Shown here piece after piece: positions 28,266 through 36,993 of a DNA stretch of 51,410 nt. The number at the start of each line of letters is the position of its first letter. The first letter of the stretch is position 1. Origin of the DNA: a virus (lineage: Duplodnaviria > Caudoviricetes); the IMG/VR virus record IMGVR_UViG_3300035703_000130, positions 1 to 51,410 of that record; one strand, 5' to 3'. Both the position numbers and the translations under genes were made by a program. The notes beneath the pieces were generated by a model, which searched no databases, had not been told where the DNA came from, and saw nothing but the letters and a program-made list of their open reading frames with translations.

Positions 28266-28693
28266 CCCATCTTCTCCACAAATTTTCCATTACGGACTAC
28301 AAAAGAGGTTGCTTTAGGGATAACAGAACCCCCTAAGCGAGTGTATGCACGTCCACCATCAATAAAGCCGACAGCAGTAGTTACCATATCGTGTCTGTGA
28401 GAACTGTAGAACCAATACCCCTCTGACTTAATCATGTCAAAGGTAAGGTCCTCAACCCAATCAGCAGAGCCAATCAGAAGGGTTCCACCCGACTCAGGAA
28501 TAGGATTACGATAGAGACAGAAATACTTATTTCCAAACTTGGGGTGTGGTGTATCACGATAGAAGATATCCCTAGCGTAAGTGTCATTCTCCCGCCCGGT
28601 AGTGCAGACGTAGGAGACAGGCACCCCATCTTTTTGGGAATACAAATCTTCTACAGCCTCAGTGTTAAAGATGGGGTAGTGCCTGATTTTCAT
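28262..28693 (-). CDS. Conserved-looking phage hypothetical protein
   Basis: YSSHRHD...IDGGRAY pattern. Confidence 0.6.
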   Translation of the reverse strand: MKIRHYPIFNTEAVEDLYSQKDGVPVSYVCTTGRENDTYARDIFYRDTPHPKFGNKYFCLYRNPIPESGGTLLIGSADWVEDLTFDMIKSEGYWFYSSHRHDMVTTAVGFIDGGRAYTRLGGSVIPKATSFVVRNGKFVEKMG

Positions 28694-28702
28694 TGTATCA
28701 CC

Positions 28703-28927
28703 TTAAAACGTGATTGTTACGGAGTCACCTTCATAGAAGACTTTTTCTGCGGATTTAAAAGTCCCTGTTAACAACAGATTGGGCCAAGGCATTTGCCCTT
28801 TATAGTTTGCTGCTCCGGAAAGGATTAGGTAATACCCCTGAGACTCCTTAAGGTAAAGGGTTTTATTACAGATAAACGCCACAACATTATTTTTACTTTT
28901 GGCTTTTTCATAGGTAAATCTCATCAT
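28703..28927 (-). CDS. Hypothetical protein
   Basis: Coupled ORF. Confidence 0.5.
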   Translation of the reverse strand: MMRFTYEKAKSKNNVVAFICNKTLYLKESQGYYLILSGAANYKGQMPWPNLLLTGTFKSAEKVFYEGDSVTITF

Positions 28928-30495
28928 CAGAATCCTTGTTCCCGAGGGGTTAATGTAAACGTTGCACCGTCGAATGTCAAGGCCCCAGCATCACCTTCTA
29001 GGCCACACGGACGGTTTTTTGTCACCTTAAGGTAGGTAGTATTCTTTTCTACAAGAGAATCTGCCTCTTTGTTCCTGGACAATACGATACGAACAGATGC
29101 TCGTTGACTAATCATCTTACAGTATTTAGGGTCGCCATTCTCGTTAGTGTGAGCAATGGTAACAATACCTACGTTAAGCTTAGCCGCCATCTTAGACAAC
29201 TGGATACTCAGAGAAGCAAGCTTACTCTCTTTCTCTTTCTCATCGGAGATAGACAGAACGTCTTGGATAGGCTCAAAGAAGATATACTGGCAACCGCAGG
29301 CTTCACTCAGGAACCTGATTTGATCCGTGAGAGCTTCAACGCTATCCGACTCCTTAAGAGTGAATTGCATGTAGTTCCCATTGGCCGAAATCTTTTTGAT
29401 GGATTCCTTAACCTGTTCGACTTTACCTTTTTTCTCTACCAAATCCTTCCTAGTCAGGTTGTCATTAAGATCATATGATACCAGACCCAACAGAGAACGT
29501 AGCGGGGTTTCTTCAAGGTGCCAAGCTGCAAACTTGATATCAGGATGGTTCTTGATCAGGTTATATTGCAGGTAACGCATCAACTCCGTCTTACCAATAC
29601 CCGTCTCAGCCAAAAGCACAGTGAAGTGCCCTTGCATAAGTCCCAGAATCTTAGCATCCAACTCTGGAATACCCGTAGGAACATAAGTATGATCCGGTGT
29701 ATCCTCATAAAGCTCTAGGAAGTCAGATGAGTCTGCAATGATAGTAGACGGTGTGAATATCTTAGCATTATACCATGCACTAGTATAATTCTGTGCTGCC
29801 CCGGCTTGCAGGAACTCGTTTGCATCCTTAAACTTGTCGTGACTAATCTTGTAGACCCGGCCCGGAAAGAGGTTCATCAGATTAATTGCAAAAGCTTCTG
29901 CTTTATCGTCTGTATCCAGAGACAGATAAATACGCTCAAAGCTATTCAGCCACTCAAAGCAATTCTCAAGGATCGTTCGCTTAGGAGTAGCACTTGGCAG
30001 AGATACGACAGGATACTTAGACCCGAGCATCTGGAAGGCAGACATAGCATCAAGCTCACCCTCACAGATAGTAACAGCCTTTTGCCCACCGTTAAACTTA
30101 TTCATACCCCAGAATACATCAGTCTTCAACCCAACATCAGCAACGAATTGCTTAGGAAAGACACGATACTTTACTTTTCCATCGGGATACTTGTAGCCGT
30201 GGCGAATTTCTTTGTTGTTTTCATCTACGTCAGTTTCTACATCATAGAAACGCATAGTCTGTTTAGTAATTCCCCTGTGGTCCCTATACTCTTTTTTCAT
30301 TTCGTCTTCGATTACCTCAAATTGACCACTGTTCTTTGTTGGGTAGCGAGCTTTCGCCCAATCTGTCATTTTCTTACTAGAGGGGTAGGACGAGCCGCAA
30401 CTATGGCAATATCCCACCCCTTTGTCAGTGTTGAAAGTAAAGGCGTCAGAGCTACCACAAGCTTTATAAGGGCAAGGCTTATGGATTAACTCCAT
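28927..30495 (-). CDS. T7 gp4-like primase-helicase
   Basis: Zn finger CP...CGSSDA...CHSC, TOPRIM ICEGELDAMS/KDANE, Walker A ETGIGKT, KNR. Confidence 0.92.
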   Translation of the reverse strand: MELIHKPCPYKACGSSDAFTFNTDKGVGYCHSCGSSYPSSKKMTDWAKARYPTKNSGQFEVIEDEMKKEYRDHRGITKQTMRFYDVETDVDENNKEIRHGYKYPDGKVKYRVFPKQFVADVGLKTDVFWGMNKFNGGQKAVTICEGELDAMSAFQMLGSKYPVVSLPSATPKRTILENCFEWLNSFERIYLSLDTDDKAEAFAINLMNLFPGRVYKISHDKFKDANEFLQAGAAQNYTSAWYNAKIFTPSTIIADSSDFLELYEDTPDHTYVPTGIPELDAKILGLMQGHFTVLLAETGIGKTELMRYLQYNLIKNHPDIKFAAWHLEETPLRSLLGLVSYDLNDNLTRKDLVEKKGKVEQVKESIKKISANGNYMQFTLKESDSVEALTDQIRFLSEACGCQYIFFEPIQDVLSISDEKEKESKLASLSIQLSKMAAKLNVGIVTIAHTNENGDPKYCKMISQRASVRIVLSRNKEADSLVEKNTTYLKVTKNRPCGLEGDAGALTFDGATFTLTPREQGF

Positions 30496-30671
30496 TAGTT
30501 ATCATACGCCTCCAAAGATTGAAGAAGGAGTTTCAGCATGTTTTTACCCAGACGGTTTTGGATAACTCCGTCATAATAAAATTCCGCAGATTTAACCCCG
30601 TCCTCTTGCTCGTAAACCCTTACTTCAATTTCACTAGCATGAATATATCCAATTTGTTTTGCACCGCTCAT
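30495..30671 (-). CDS. Small hypothetical protein
   Basis: 58-aa ORF read manually, TAATG coupling. Confidence 0.5.
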   Translation of the reverse strand: MSGAKQIGYIHASEIEVRVYEQEDGVKSAEFYYDGVIQNRLGKNMLKLLLQSLEAYDN

Positions 30672-30753
30672 TAAAACAACCTCACCTTCTTGACACGAAG
30701 AACCGCCCGGCCAAGGACACGATCATATTCACACGACAGAATGAAATCATACA

Positions 30754-31683
30754 TTAGAACAGGTCCTTTCTGATTTCTTTGACCTTAGCAATAGTCAGAC
30801 GTTGCAGGAGTTTGAAGTCAACTTTGGGATTATTGAACTTCTTCATAAAGTTCCAGGTTTCTTCGGTGATCAGATCATACCAAACTACACCAAGTAGTTG
30901 CCCGATATATTTGCTATTCCAACCGTCATGTTGCAGAGTAATCTTAGCAACAACCTTATCAACCAAATGCTGATTGACAAAATCGTTGACGATCTTTTCC
31001 TCTACAAGATCACCGTTGATAATCGGTGCACCCATTTCCTTGTGGTGGACTTCCTTGAAAGCGTTGGTAATCATCTTGGCCCAAACAACACGGCCAAAGC
31101 GATTGCTCCAACCGTAATTCTTTAGGACAATACCTTCACCGACACCCTGACCGTCTTTAATCAGGAAGACGTTACGCTCTAGGACACCTTGCAGTTGCTC
31201 ATAAGAGGGGTTCTTAAGGATAGCTATAGGCGCAAGGTAATCAATACCGTAAGCATCAAGCAGCGGTTTGTAATCTTCGTATTTCAAAAGATCGCCGTTT
31301 GAACCCATCACGTCAAACACATAGAACTTACGCCATGCGTCATCCCGGTAGGTTTTAAGCGAGTGAGGCACAAGCCATTCACCCACCAGCCGCAAGGTCG
31401 GGAAGGCCATAAAAAAGGCCGTATACCGCTTGTCCGCGAGGGCATGGGCATAGAACCCAGCGTTATCGTTACCCACGCTCAGGACGCGATTCCGAGAGCC
31501 TGCACATAGGCCAAGCGACCCGGCAGGGGCAAGCGCACCATCAGCAGCAATACCACCCTGCCCCCACCAGAGTTGACCGTTAGTGCCATCCAGCTTCGGG
31601 AAGGCGTAAACAATACCTTCCGTGATCCCTTCAACCTCGTCATTGCCAAGGCGCTCAAGGTGCATATACTTAGCGAAATCCAT
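30754..31683 (-). CDS. ATP-dependent RNA ligase (Rnl2-like)
   Basis: PKLDGTN (KxDG), GSR, GEW, FYVFD, GEGIVLK, WAK motifs. Confidence 0.85.
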   Translation of the reverse strand: MDFAKYMHLERLGNDEVEGITEGIVYAFPKLDGTNGQLWWGQGGIAADGALAPAGSLGLCAGSRNRVLSVGNDNAGFYAHALADKRYTAFFMAFPTLRLVGEWLVPHSLKTYRDDAWRKFYVFDVMGSNGDLLKYEDYKPLLDAYGIDYLAPIAILKNPSYEQLQGVLERNVFLIKDGQGVGEGIVLKNYGWSNRFGRVVWAKMITNAFKEVHHKEMGAPIINGDLVEEKIVNDFVNQHLVDKVVAKITLQHDGWNSKYIGQLLGVVWYDLITEETWNFMKKFNNPKVDFKLLQRLTIAKVKEIRKDLF

Positions 31684-32630
31684 TATTTTCTCTTTCTGTC
31701 GTTACAAGCCCAATAGTCTGGATTATCAGGGTCACCGAAGGCAACAACACCAGCAGTAGAGTTGCTCGTATCTCTAAGCCCAGACCCAATGACTAGATAG
31801 TCTGCATCATATACCCGAACATAACGGTAGTTGTCAATATAAGGGCAAAGGAAGCGGTCAGTCCGGTAAGGAACCCTCAGAAGCTTTAGACCATGCCAGC
31901 CACCATCGCCAACTTCAAGAGCACCAACACTCTTAAGATAATCCTTAATAAGTCCCGTAGAATGATTACAAGAGCTATAAATTCTGTTGGGAATATACTT
32001 CCCATCTTTTACTCCGACAACACAGCGCGCCCTAGTCTTACCTTTCTTATTCCTAACGGTCACTACAATAAAATCACCAGAGGCATATACAACAGAGGGG
32101 TGATCTGGTAGAGGGCTAAAAGGATATCGCATACAACTATCTGAGATAGAGGCACAGTCGTAAGCGTAGGAGAAGTTGCCACGGGTTCTAACGTAAGACG
32201 TAAAAGCCCTCTTGAAATCCTCTTTGGTATTTCCTACGTGGAGAACAAAATCGTCATCATCAAACAGGATATTGGTTTGCCAGAAGGCAGCAAAAGCCTC
32301 TACCAATTGATCAGGCGCTTTGGGGAAAATGCGACGGAAGAAGCGGCCCGCAGTCGTCTTAGTGCGATGACGAACCAACCCACCCATATACTTGTTGTAG
32401 CTATCAAAGTAGCTAATGTTTTCCCCATCAGACGCTTGCTTAGGAAGCATAAGCTTCATCAAAGTTTGAACCTGATCAACACTTTCCCCTAGAAGATCAG
32501 CAGCATTAAGCAGACCGTCAACAATCTTCTTGTTTTGAACACGCTTAGTAAGCCGGGGACGAGGGGTATCTGGGTTCTGGAAATGAAATGACTTCCACCA
32601 ACCTTCAATCATGCTTTCAATATGGTTCAT
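31683..32630 (-). CDS. SCM-motif hypothetical protein, paralog of 38638-40092
   Basis: AGRFFRRIFP, SCMR, HP..VY, RAR, PYID shared with the early protein. Confidence 0.7.
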   Translation of the reverse strand: MNHIESMIEGWWKSFHFQNPDTPRPRLTKRVQNKKIVDGLLNAADLLGESVDQVQTLMKLMLPKQASDGENISYFDSYNKYMGGLVRHRTKTTAGRFFRRIFPKAPDQLVEAFAAFWQTNILFDDDDFVLHVGNTKEDFKRAFTSYVRTRGNFSYAYDCASISDSCMRYPFSPLPDHPSVVYASGDFIVVTVRNKKGKTRARCVVGVKDGKYIPNRIYSSCNHSTGLIKDYLKSVGALEVGDGGWHGLKLLRVPYRTDRFLCPYIDNYRYVRVYDADYLVIGSGLRDTSNSTAGVVAFGDPDNPDYWACNDRKRK

Positions 32631-32794
32631 TTCTTTTCCCGGTTAGCTTTCTTGAGTGCAGTGAGTTCTTTAGACACTTTGACTAGCTTTTCTCTAGTTT
32701 CAGTAAGAAGGGTTCCTTTTCGGATAGCTTCATCCCTGTGTTCAATCACAAGCTTAGCCAACTCTTCTTTTGTATAATCTTGTGGAAACCTCAT
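32627..32794 (-). CDS. Small coiled-coil protein
   Basis: 55-aa ORF read manually, ATGA overlap. Confidence 0.5.
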   Translation of the reverse strand: MRFPQDYTKEELAKLVIEHRDEAIRKGTLLTETREKLVKVSKELTALKKANREKK

Positions 32795-32810
32795 GGAACC
32801 CTCTTTAGTT

Positions 32811-32882
32811 TGGAGACCTTGGCGGGAATCGAACCCGAAGGAAAGTTTTGCAGACTCTCACATGAACCATCAACCCAAGGTC
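32811..32882 (-). tRNA. tRNA-Cys(GCA), atypical
   Basis: Acceptor GACCTTG/CAAGGTC, CT-GCA-AA loop, TTCGATT, TCCA end. Confidence 0.75.
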
Positions 32883-32887
32883 TAAAC

Positions 32888-32920
32888 TGGTAGGTGTGGT
32901 AGGACTTGAACCTGCACGGA
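32888..32920 (-). pseudogene. Orphan tRNA 3' half (T arm, acceptor strand, ACCA)
   Basis: CCGTGCAGGTTCAAGTCCTAC-CACACCT-ACCA directly after the HNH stop; no 5' half adjacent. Confidence 0.7.
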
Positions 32921-33289
32921 TTAATTAAATGTCAACCCTACACAACGTTTCGAGCAGTAAGGGCCATCCTTACCTTGGCTTCTGTTGTGTTTTTCTTGGC
33001 TTAAAGCCCTTTGAAACTTGTTTCCACAGCGTTTGCAAGTTAACTCTACAGTAACAGCTTTTGGAGAAGATTTCCTTGCATTTTCTGTTTTAAGTAGAAG
33101 TTGAAAATTGTCAAGACTGTTATTAGTCAAATCATCGTCTTTGTGATCTACCTCATAACCAAAAGGTATTTCACCAAAAGTCTGTTTCCATAGATATCTT
33201 GGATAGGACTCTGTTGTTCTTTTACCCTCAGAGTAATGCACAACGTGTTGTCTACCGTCTTTTCTAGTGTAAGGTCCGTAAGTTTTCAT
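32921..33289 (-). CDS. HNH endonuclease in tRNA cluster
   Basis: YGPY..KDGR, SYPRY, VDHKD.D..NN.LDN, C-terminal CxxC...YCSKRC. Confidence 0.85.
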   Translation of the reverse strand: MKTYGPYTRKDGRQHVVHYSEGKRTTESYPRYLWKQTFGEIPFGYEVDHKDDDLTNNSLDNFQLLLKTENARKSSPKAVTVELTCKRCGNKFQRALSQEKHNRSQGKDGPYCSKRCVGLTFN

Positions 33290-33294
33290 AGTTT

Positions 33295-33371
33295 TGGTCC
33301 GGGTGGCGAGATTCGAACTCGCATTGGAGAGGGTTTAAGGCTCTTGCCGTTACCAGTTAGGCTACACCCGG
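33295..33371 (-). tRNA. tRNA with TAA anticodon (nominal Leu), short variable loop
   Basis: CCGGGTG/CACCCGG-ACCA, D loop AACTGGTAA, CT-TAA-AC, GCGAG-TTCGAAT-CTCGC. Confidence 0.8.
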
Positions 33372-33430
33372 CAGGAATATCGTGTCGGTCTTTCCCGACT
33401 GTCAGATACCATTAGGTATCAATCAGACCT

Positions 33431-33646
33431 TTAATCCGCAAGGTCGGTGGTGGCGTTGACAATCTCCAAGCGGGAGTCAATCAGGAACTTTTCTTGAGCA
33501 AGCGTTGCCAGCGTATCATCCCTTTGGACAGGATTATAGTGACGAACGATGGTCAGAGGAATCCGAGTCCCATCCGGTTGAGAAACAAATTCTTCCTTGA
33601 TACCCCTCTTGATAGCATCACTAATGACACTAACAACAAAGGGCAA
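33431..33646 (-). CDS. Small hypothetical protein between tRNAs
   Basis: Open frame from TTG after tRNA-Glu; start uncertain. Confidence 0.4.
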   Translation of the reverse strand: MPFVVSVISDAIKRGIKEEFVSQPDGTRIPLTIVRHYNPVQRDDTLATLAQEKFLIDSRLEIVNATTDLAD

Positions 33647-33651
33647 GTTAT

Positions 33652-33726
33652 TGGTAGCCCCACCGAGACTCGAACTCGGTTTCCCGCCTTGAAAGGGCAG
33701 TGATCTAACCCATAATCTATGGGGCC
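33652..33726 (-). tRNA. tRNA-Glu(TTC)
   Basis: GGCCCCA/TGGGGCT-ACCA, CTGCC-CTTTCAA-GGCGG, TTCGAGT. Confidence 0.88.
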
Positions 33727-33740
33727 ACACTCAGACAACC

Positions 33741-33768
33741 TATATAGTGCGCGACAAGAGAACTTCAA
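33741..33768 (-). promoter_or_regulatory. Promoter of tRNA operon
   Basis: TTGAAG-N12-GCACTATATA, same layout as 41846 and 43286. Confidence 0.7.
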
Positions 33769-33841
33769 GTGTAGTAATTTTGCCACACCTACCAAGTGTT
33801 GCATAAACGACACACTGTCAACTTTATTTTTAGGTTGTCTC

Positions 33842-33955
33842 TTGACAAATTCTTTCACGACCCCATCTATTAATACTAGAGTCTTAGTTCTAGAGTCTCT
33901 TTGATTATTCATGTAAGATTAATAAGAGACTCTAGTATAAGATACTATAGTATTA
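33842..33955. repeat. TTGACA followed by AT-rich AGACTCTAG/GATACTATAGTA repeat block (origin-like)
   Basis: Three AGACTCTAG copies in mixed orientation; 20-bp identity with 41956-41975. Confidence 0.55.
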
Positions 33956-34297
33956 GCGTTGAGTGAAAACTTCTTTTACCTCCCCACTCTTGTAGAAGAT
34001 ACGGATATCTGGTTTAGTCCAGCCGTAGTTATTAGCAAGATATTGGGCATAATCTTCTATGTTGTCTTCTTTAATCCAAGGTTTCTCTAGATTGATTTCT
34101 TTACCAGAAACCCACCTATCACCACAGCAACTACAATCATAGCCATCATCTACACCATTATAGTAGACCCCAAAGTCAAGGGCTTTTTGTTCGGCTTCAT
34201 CATAATTATCAGCTTCAATAAAGATTTGATGACAAATCTTGTCATCAGTATAGAAAGTTCCACCAGAGTTATTCTGACTCCATTCATAAAAAGCCAT
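33953..34297 (-). CDS. Hypothetical protein (QNNSGG...DCSCCGDRW)
   Basis: GGAGG RBS; phage-typical motif. Confidence 0.65.
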   Translation of the reverse strand: MAFYEWSQNNSGGTFYTDDKICHQIFIEADNYDEAEQKALDFGVYYNGVDDGYDCSCCGDRWVSGKEINLEKPWIKEDNIEDYAQYLANNYGWTKPDIRIFYKSGEVKEVFTQR

Positions 34298-34452
34298 CAG
34301 TAATCCTCCTCATCTTCGTAGTAATCATCATAGTCATCATCTGTATTACAGAATACACAGATATCATCATCTTGAACTGACCTGTAGTATTCCTTTGTTT
34401 CTCTTCCACATTCAGCACAAATAAATGTGTCTTCTGGATCATATGGTTTCAT
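34297..34452 (-). CDS. Small Zn-finger protein with acidic tail
   Basis: CAEC...CVFC and D/E/Y-rich tail; 51-aa ORF read manually. Confidence 0.55.
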   Translation of the reverse strand: MKPYDPEDTFICAECGRETKEYYRSVQDDDICVFCNTDDDYDDYYEDEEDY

Positions 34453-34697
34453 GCTGCTACCGCCCTAAGCTTTCTGTATGTTGCGACATTAGCTGCCGCA
34501 GGTGACCCACCCGAGGTTGGGGGTTCGGGGAAATTGTGACTGCCGGTGGCCCAGATCAGAAAACTGATGCCAAAATACGGATGAGACCAAAGTTCATCAC
34601 GGTTTCCAGGTTTTTCAATGAGGACAGGTTGGTTGTATCTCCAAGGATCAACAGGTTTTGGCCTACGGTCTGCCAAATTGATGACATTATTACTCAT
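34449..34697 (-). CDS. Hypothetical protein
   Basis: Coupled ORF (NNVINLADRR). Confidence 0.55.
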   Translation of the reverse strand: MSNNVINLADRRPKPVDPWRYNQPVLIEKPGNRDELWSHPYFGISFLIWATGSHNFPEPPTSGGSPAAANVATYRKLRAVAA

Positions 34698-34948
34698 ATC
34701 TTCACTCTTTGGTAAGCTTCTGTTATATGTTTAACAGCCCAATCAAGGTCTTCTTTAGGGTTTAGTCCGAACATACCTCTCCCAGAAATCACATCATCAA
34801 CAGATTTATTTACAACCTCTCTTGTAAAAAGAAGATGCTCTAAAATATCTGCGATTTCATCGGCCTCAAAACAATCTATCGGCTTTAAATCGCTAAGCCT
34901 CAGTCTTTTTATAAGAGGTCTTGCTTTGTCTTCAATAATATCAACCAA
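34694..34948 (-). CDS. Hypothetical protein
   Basis: Coupled ORF. Confidence 0.5.
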   Translation of the reverse strand: MVDIIEDKARPLIKRLRLSDLKPIDCFEADEIADILEHLLFTREVVNKSVDDVISGRGMFGLNPKEDLDWAVKHITEAYQRVKI

Positions 34949-35360
34949 TCAGAATCTCCCCATCATAATCTTGAAAACGAGCTTTCATCTGCCTGATTTT
35001 GTCGTCAGGAACCCCGTGAACGTTCTGGTATTCTTTAGTCATACGATAGACCACAACCGGAATGTCGTTCTCTTTAGCAAAATTGATATACGACCTCATT
35101 TCCCAAAGCTGAGTAAACGTATTAGCTACTGCAACAGAATACCCTTTCTGCAAAGCAACCATAGTTTTCCACAGGCAGTGACGGTGGGCATCACTAATAA
35201 GGTCAGTTTCGTAGTTGTAGATGAAAGCACCATTGACACCATCCAACCAGAAGTAATCGTCCGCTTCAAAGACAAAATCCACATTCGGGTTCTTCTGAGC
35301 CGCAGTAGATTTGCCACTACCGGGGATACCACGATAAAGATAGAGAGTGGGTTTTTTCAT
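34941..35360 (-). CDS. P-loop kinase (AAA_33/polynucleotide-kinase-like)
   Basis: RGIPGSGKST, EADDYF, VANTF, NVHGVP. Confidence 0.85.
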   Translation of the reverse strand: MKKPTLYLYRGIPGSGKSTAAQKNPNVDFVFEADDYFWLDGVNGAFIYNYETDLISDAHRHCLWKTMVALQKGYSVAVANTFTQLWEMRSYINFAKENDIPVVVYRMTKEYQNVHGVPDDKIRQMKARFQDYDGEILIG

Positions 35361-35521
35361 TATTCACACTCCCCTACAAAAGCGAATTGACCGTCTAGCG
35401 GACAATAGATAACGTATCCGCGGTTGATAAGATCATTGCGCCATTCATTATTCAAAAACATAACTGTAAACCCAGTGCCGAAGACCAAGCCAAGGATTAT
35501 ACCCCAAGAGAAATCCTCCAT
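35360..35521 (-). CDS. Small membrane protein
   Basis: 53-aa ORF read manually, TAATG coupling at both ends. Confidence 0.5.
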   Translation of the reverse strand: MEDFSWGIILGLVFGTGFTVMFLNNEWRNDLINRGYVIYCPLDGQFAFVGECE

Positions 35522-35763
35522 TATTCATCCTTTCCGAATTTGAACGACACAACTTTAGTTTGATAGAACGAGCGCCAGCCTTTGTCGGTATAGACGGGCA
35601 CGATATCTTTTTCAAGAAGGCCAAGCGTATAAGCCAGAACCTCATTGTCAGAGCCAGTAAAGTTAGGTGCAAACAGCTTGCCGGTAACCTTACCAAGTGA
35701 ACCGTCTTGCTTGGTAAACTCTACAGTAAAGAGGTTGCGGCCTACAGTCAGAGGGTTGAACAT
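35521..35763 (-). CDS. SH3/WYL-like small protein
   Basis: FTVEFTKQDGS...KGWRSF; start refined to ATG 35763 after GGGAGA. Confidence 0.6.
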   Translation of the reverse strand: MFNPLTVGRNLFTVEFTKQDGSLGKVTGKLFAPNFTGSDNEVLAYTLGLLEKDIVPVYTDKGWRSFYQTKVVSFKFGKDE

Positions 35764-35789
35764 CGGTCTCTCCCAAGGGTTGATGGTAT

Positions 35790-35827
35790 CTTCTAGCATG
35801 TCTAGCAAGTTGTTGTCAAGTGATTCG
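35790..35827 (-). promoter_or_regulatory. Sigma70-like promoter with an adjacent YGAKTCG site
   Basis: CGAATCA immediately upstream of TTGACA...GCTAGAAG. Confidence 0.5.
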
Positions 35828-35930
35828 CGCAGCCACCTGTCAAGATTCATCTTACACAACCTCATCTAGAACGAGGTGGGACCCCTTGCGACCCCACCCC
35901 AAACGTGGACTTTGAGATTGACAAAAATTC

Positions 35931-36959
35931 TTAGAACTCATATTCGTCTTCCTCAAATCCAGGGTTTTTCTTGTAGTTGTATACTTCATCAATCAAATCA
36001 TAGGCGTCATAACCGATATCTTTCAACAACCTAGCAACCTGAATAGGATTGTTGCGGATAAGATCAACCATATCGTCCATGTCTTTGTTTTCAGGATGAA
36101 TAATCTTCTCACCCTGCGGCTTATGGCTTGACTTAGGGCCGCTGTAGTAAGATTTGGAACCGCCCTCTGAATAGGTGGAAGTCCCATAATACTTTTCCCA
36201 ACCAGCCCAACGGTCATACTCCACGACAGAAGGATCACGCTTGATAACCAAAGAAGACCAGTCAGCCTTAATCAGTTGATCAATCAGAAGCTCAACAAAG
36301 TTGATATCCTGAGTTTCCGACTTAGTGTGTTGCAGGAAATAACCGACAGAAATGTTTGTGCACTCTGCAATTACTTCACGATACTCGTTCGAGTCAGTGT
36401 AAACACCGCCATCATCCAAGCTATAATCCATATCAAGGATATTAGCAAGGCTCTCACCAAAAGCATCAGAGCAAGTGCGCTCTCCCAACTGGTGAGTAAT
36501 AATTGACGAATAACCCTTGCGGTCAAAGCTGATAGCAGCATCAACGTGCTTGATCCAGTCAGGGTTAGAGGCAACCATACCCCTAGCACCGATGCAACCA
36601 ATCTCTTCTGCGCCGTGGACAACGTAGACGCCCGGAATACCAGCCTCAATCATTTTGAGGATGATATAAACACCCGTGGTGCAGTCAGCACCCAAGCAAT
36701 TGCTAGTGCCAAATTGGGGAACCTTATAGAAGTTACCCTCTTTTACAACCTGCTGTTTACCGCCTTCCCGGTGCACCGTATCATGGTGAGCCATAAAAGC
36801 TACATTAGGTTTGTCCCCTATGATCTTGATATAATTACCAAAAAGGTCAGGGCCGTCCATCACAGGGCGAAGATAACGATTGCAGAACTTCTTCTGGTGA
36901 CGCGAGCCATCAGGTCTTTTGTAAGCAAGCATTTCACCAAGATGATATTTCTGATACAT
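35931..36959 (-). CDS. Zn-dependent M20/M28-family peptidase/amidohydrolase
   Basis: AHHDTVH, LGADCTTG, AEEIG, SFDR, YTDS, NISVGY...H; start refined to ATG 36959. Confidence 0.85.
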   Translation of the reverse strand: MYQKYHLGEMLAYKRPDGSRHQKKFCNRYLRPVMDGPDLFGNYIKIIGDKPNVAFMAHHDTVHREGGKQQVVKEGNFYKVPQFGTSNCLGADCTTGVYIILKMIEAGIPGVYVVHGAEEIGCIGARGMVASNPDWIKHVDAAISFDRKGYSSIITHQLGERTCSDAFGESLANILDMDYSLDDGGVYTDSNEYREVIAECTNISVGYFLQHTKSETQDINFVELLIDQLIKADWSSLVIKRDPSVVEYDRWAGWEKYYGTSTYSEGGSKSYYSGPKSSHKPQGEKIIHPENKDMDDMVDLIRNNPIQVARLLKDIGYDAYDLIDEVYNYKKNPGFEEDEYEF

Positions 36960-36993
36960 TACTTTCGTCCTTTTAGTTTTATGGAAGTCGTCT

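Noticed and set aside
32888-33794. 12-bp inverted match TGGTAGGTGTGG/CCACACCTACCA as a split or permuted tRNA
   Set aside because: The distal copy lies upstream of the operon promoter, overlaps a TGT-N12-ACA site and has no D or anticodon arm; a 12-mer match at this range can occur by chance.
33647-33912. ORF calls overlapping tRNA-Glu and its promoter (likewise 44436-44783 over tRNA-Gly)
   Set aside because: Explained by tRNA and promoter sequence.
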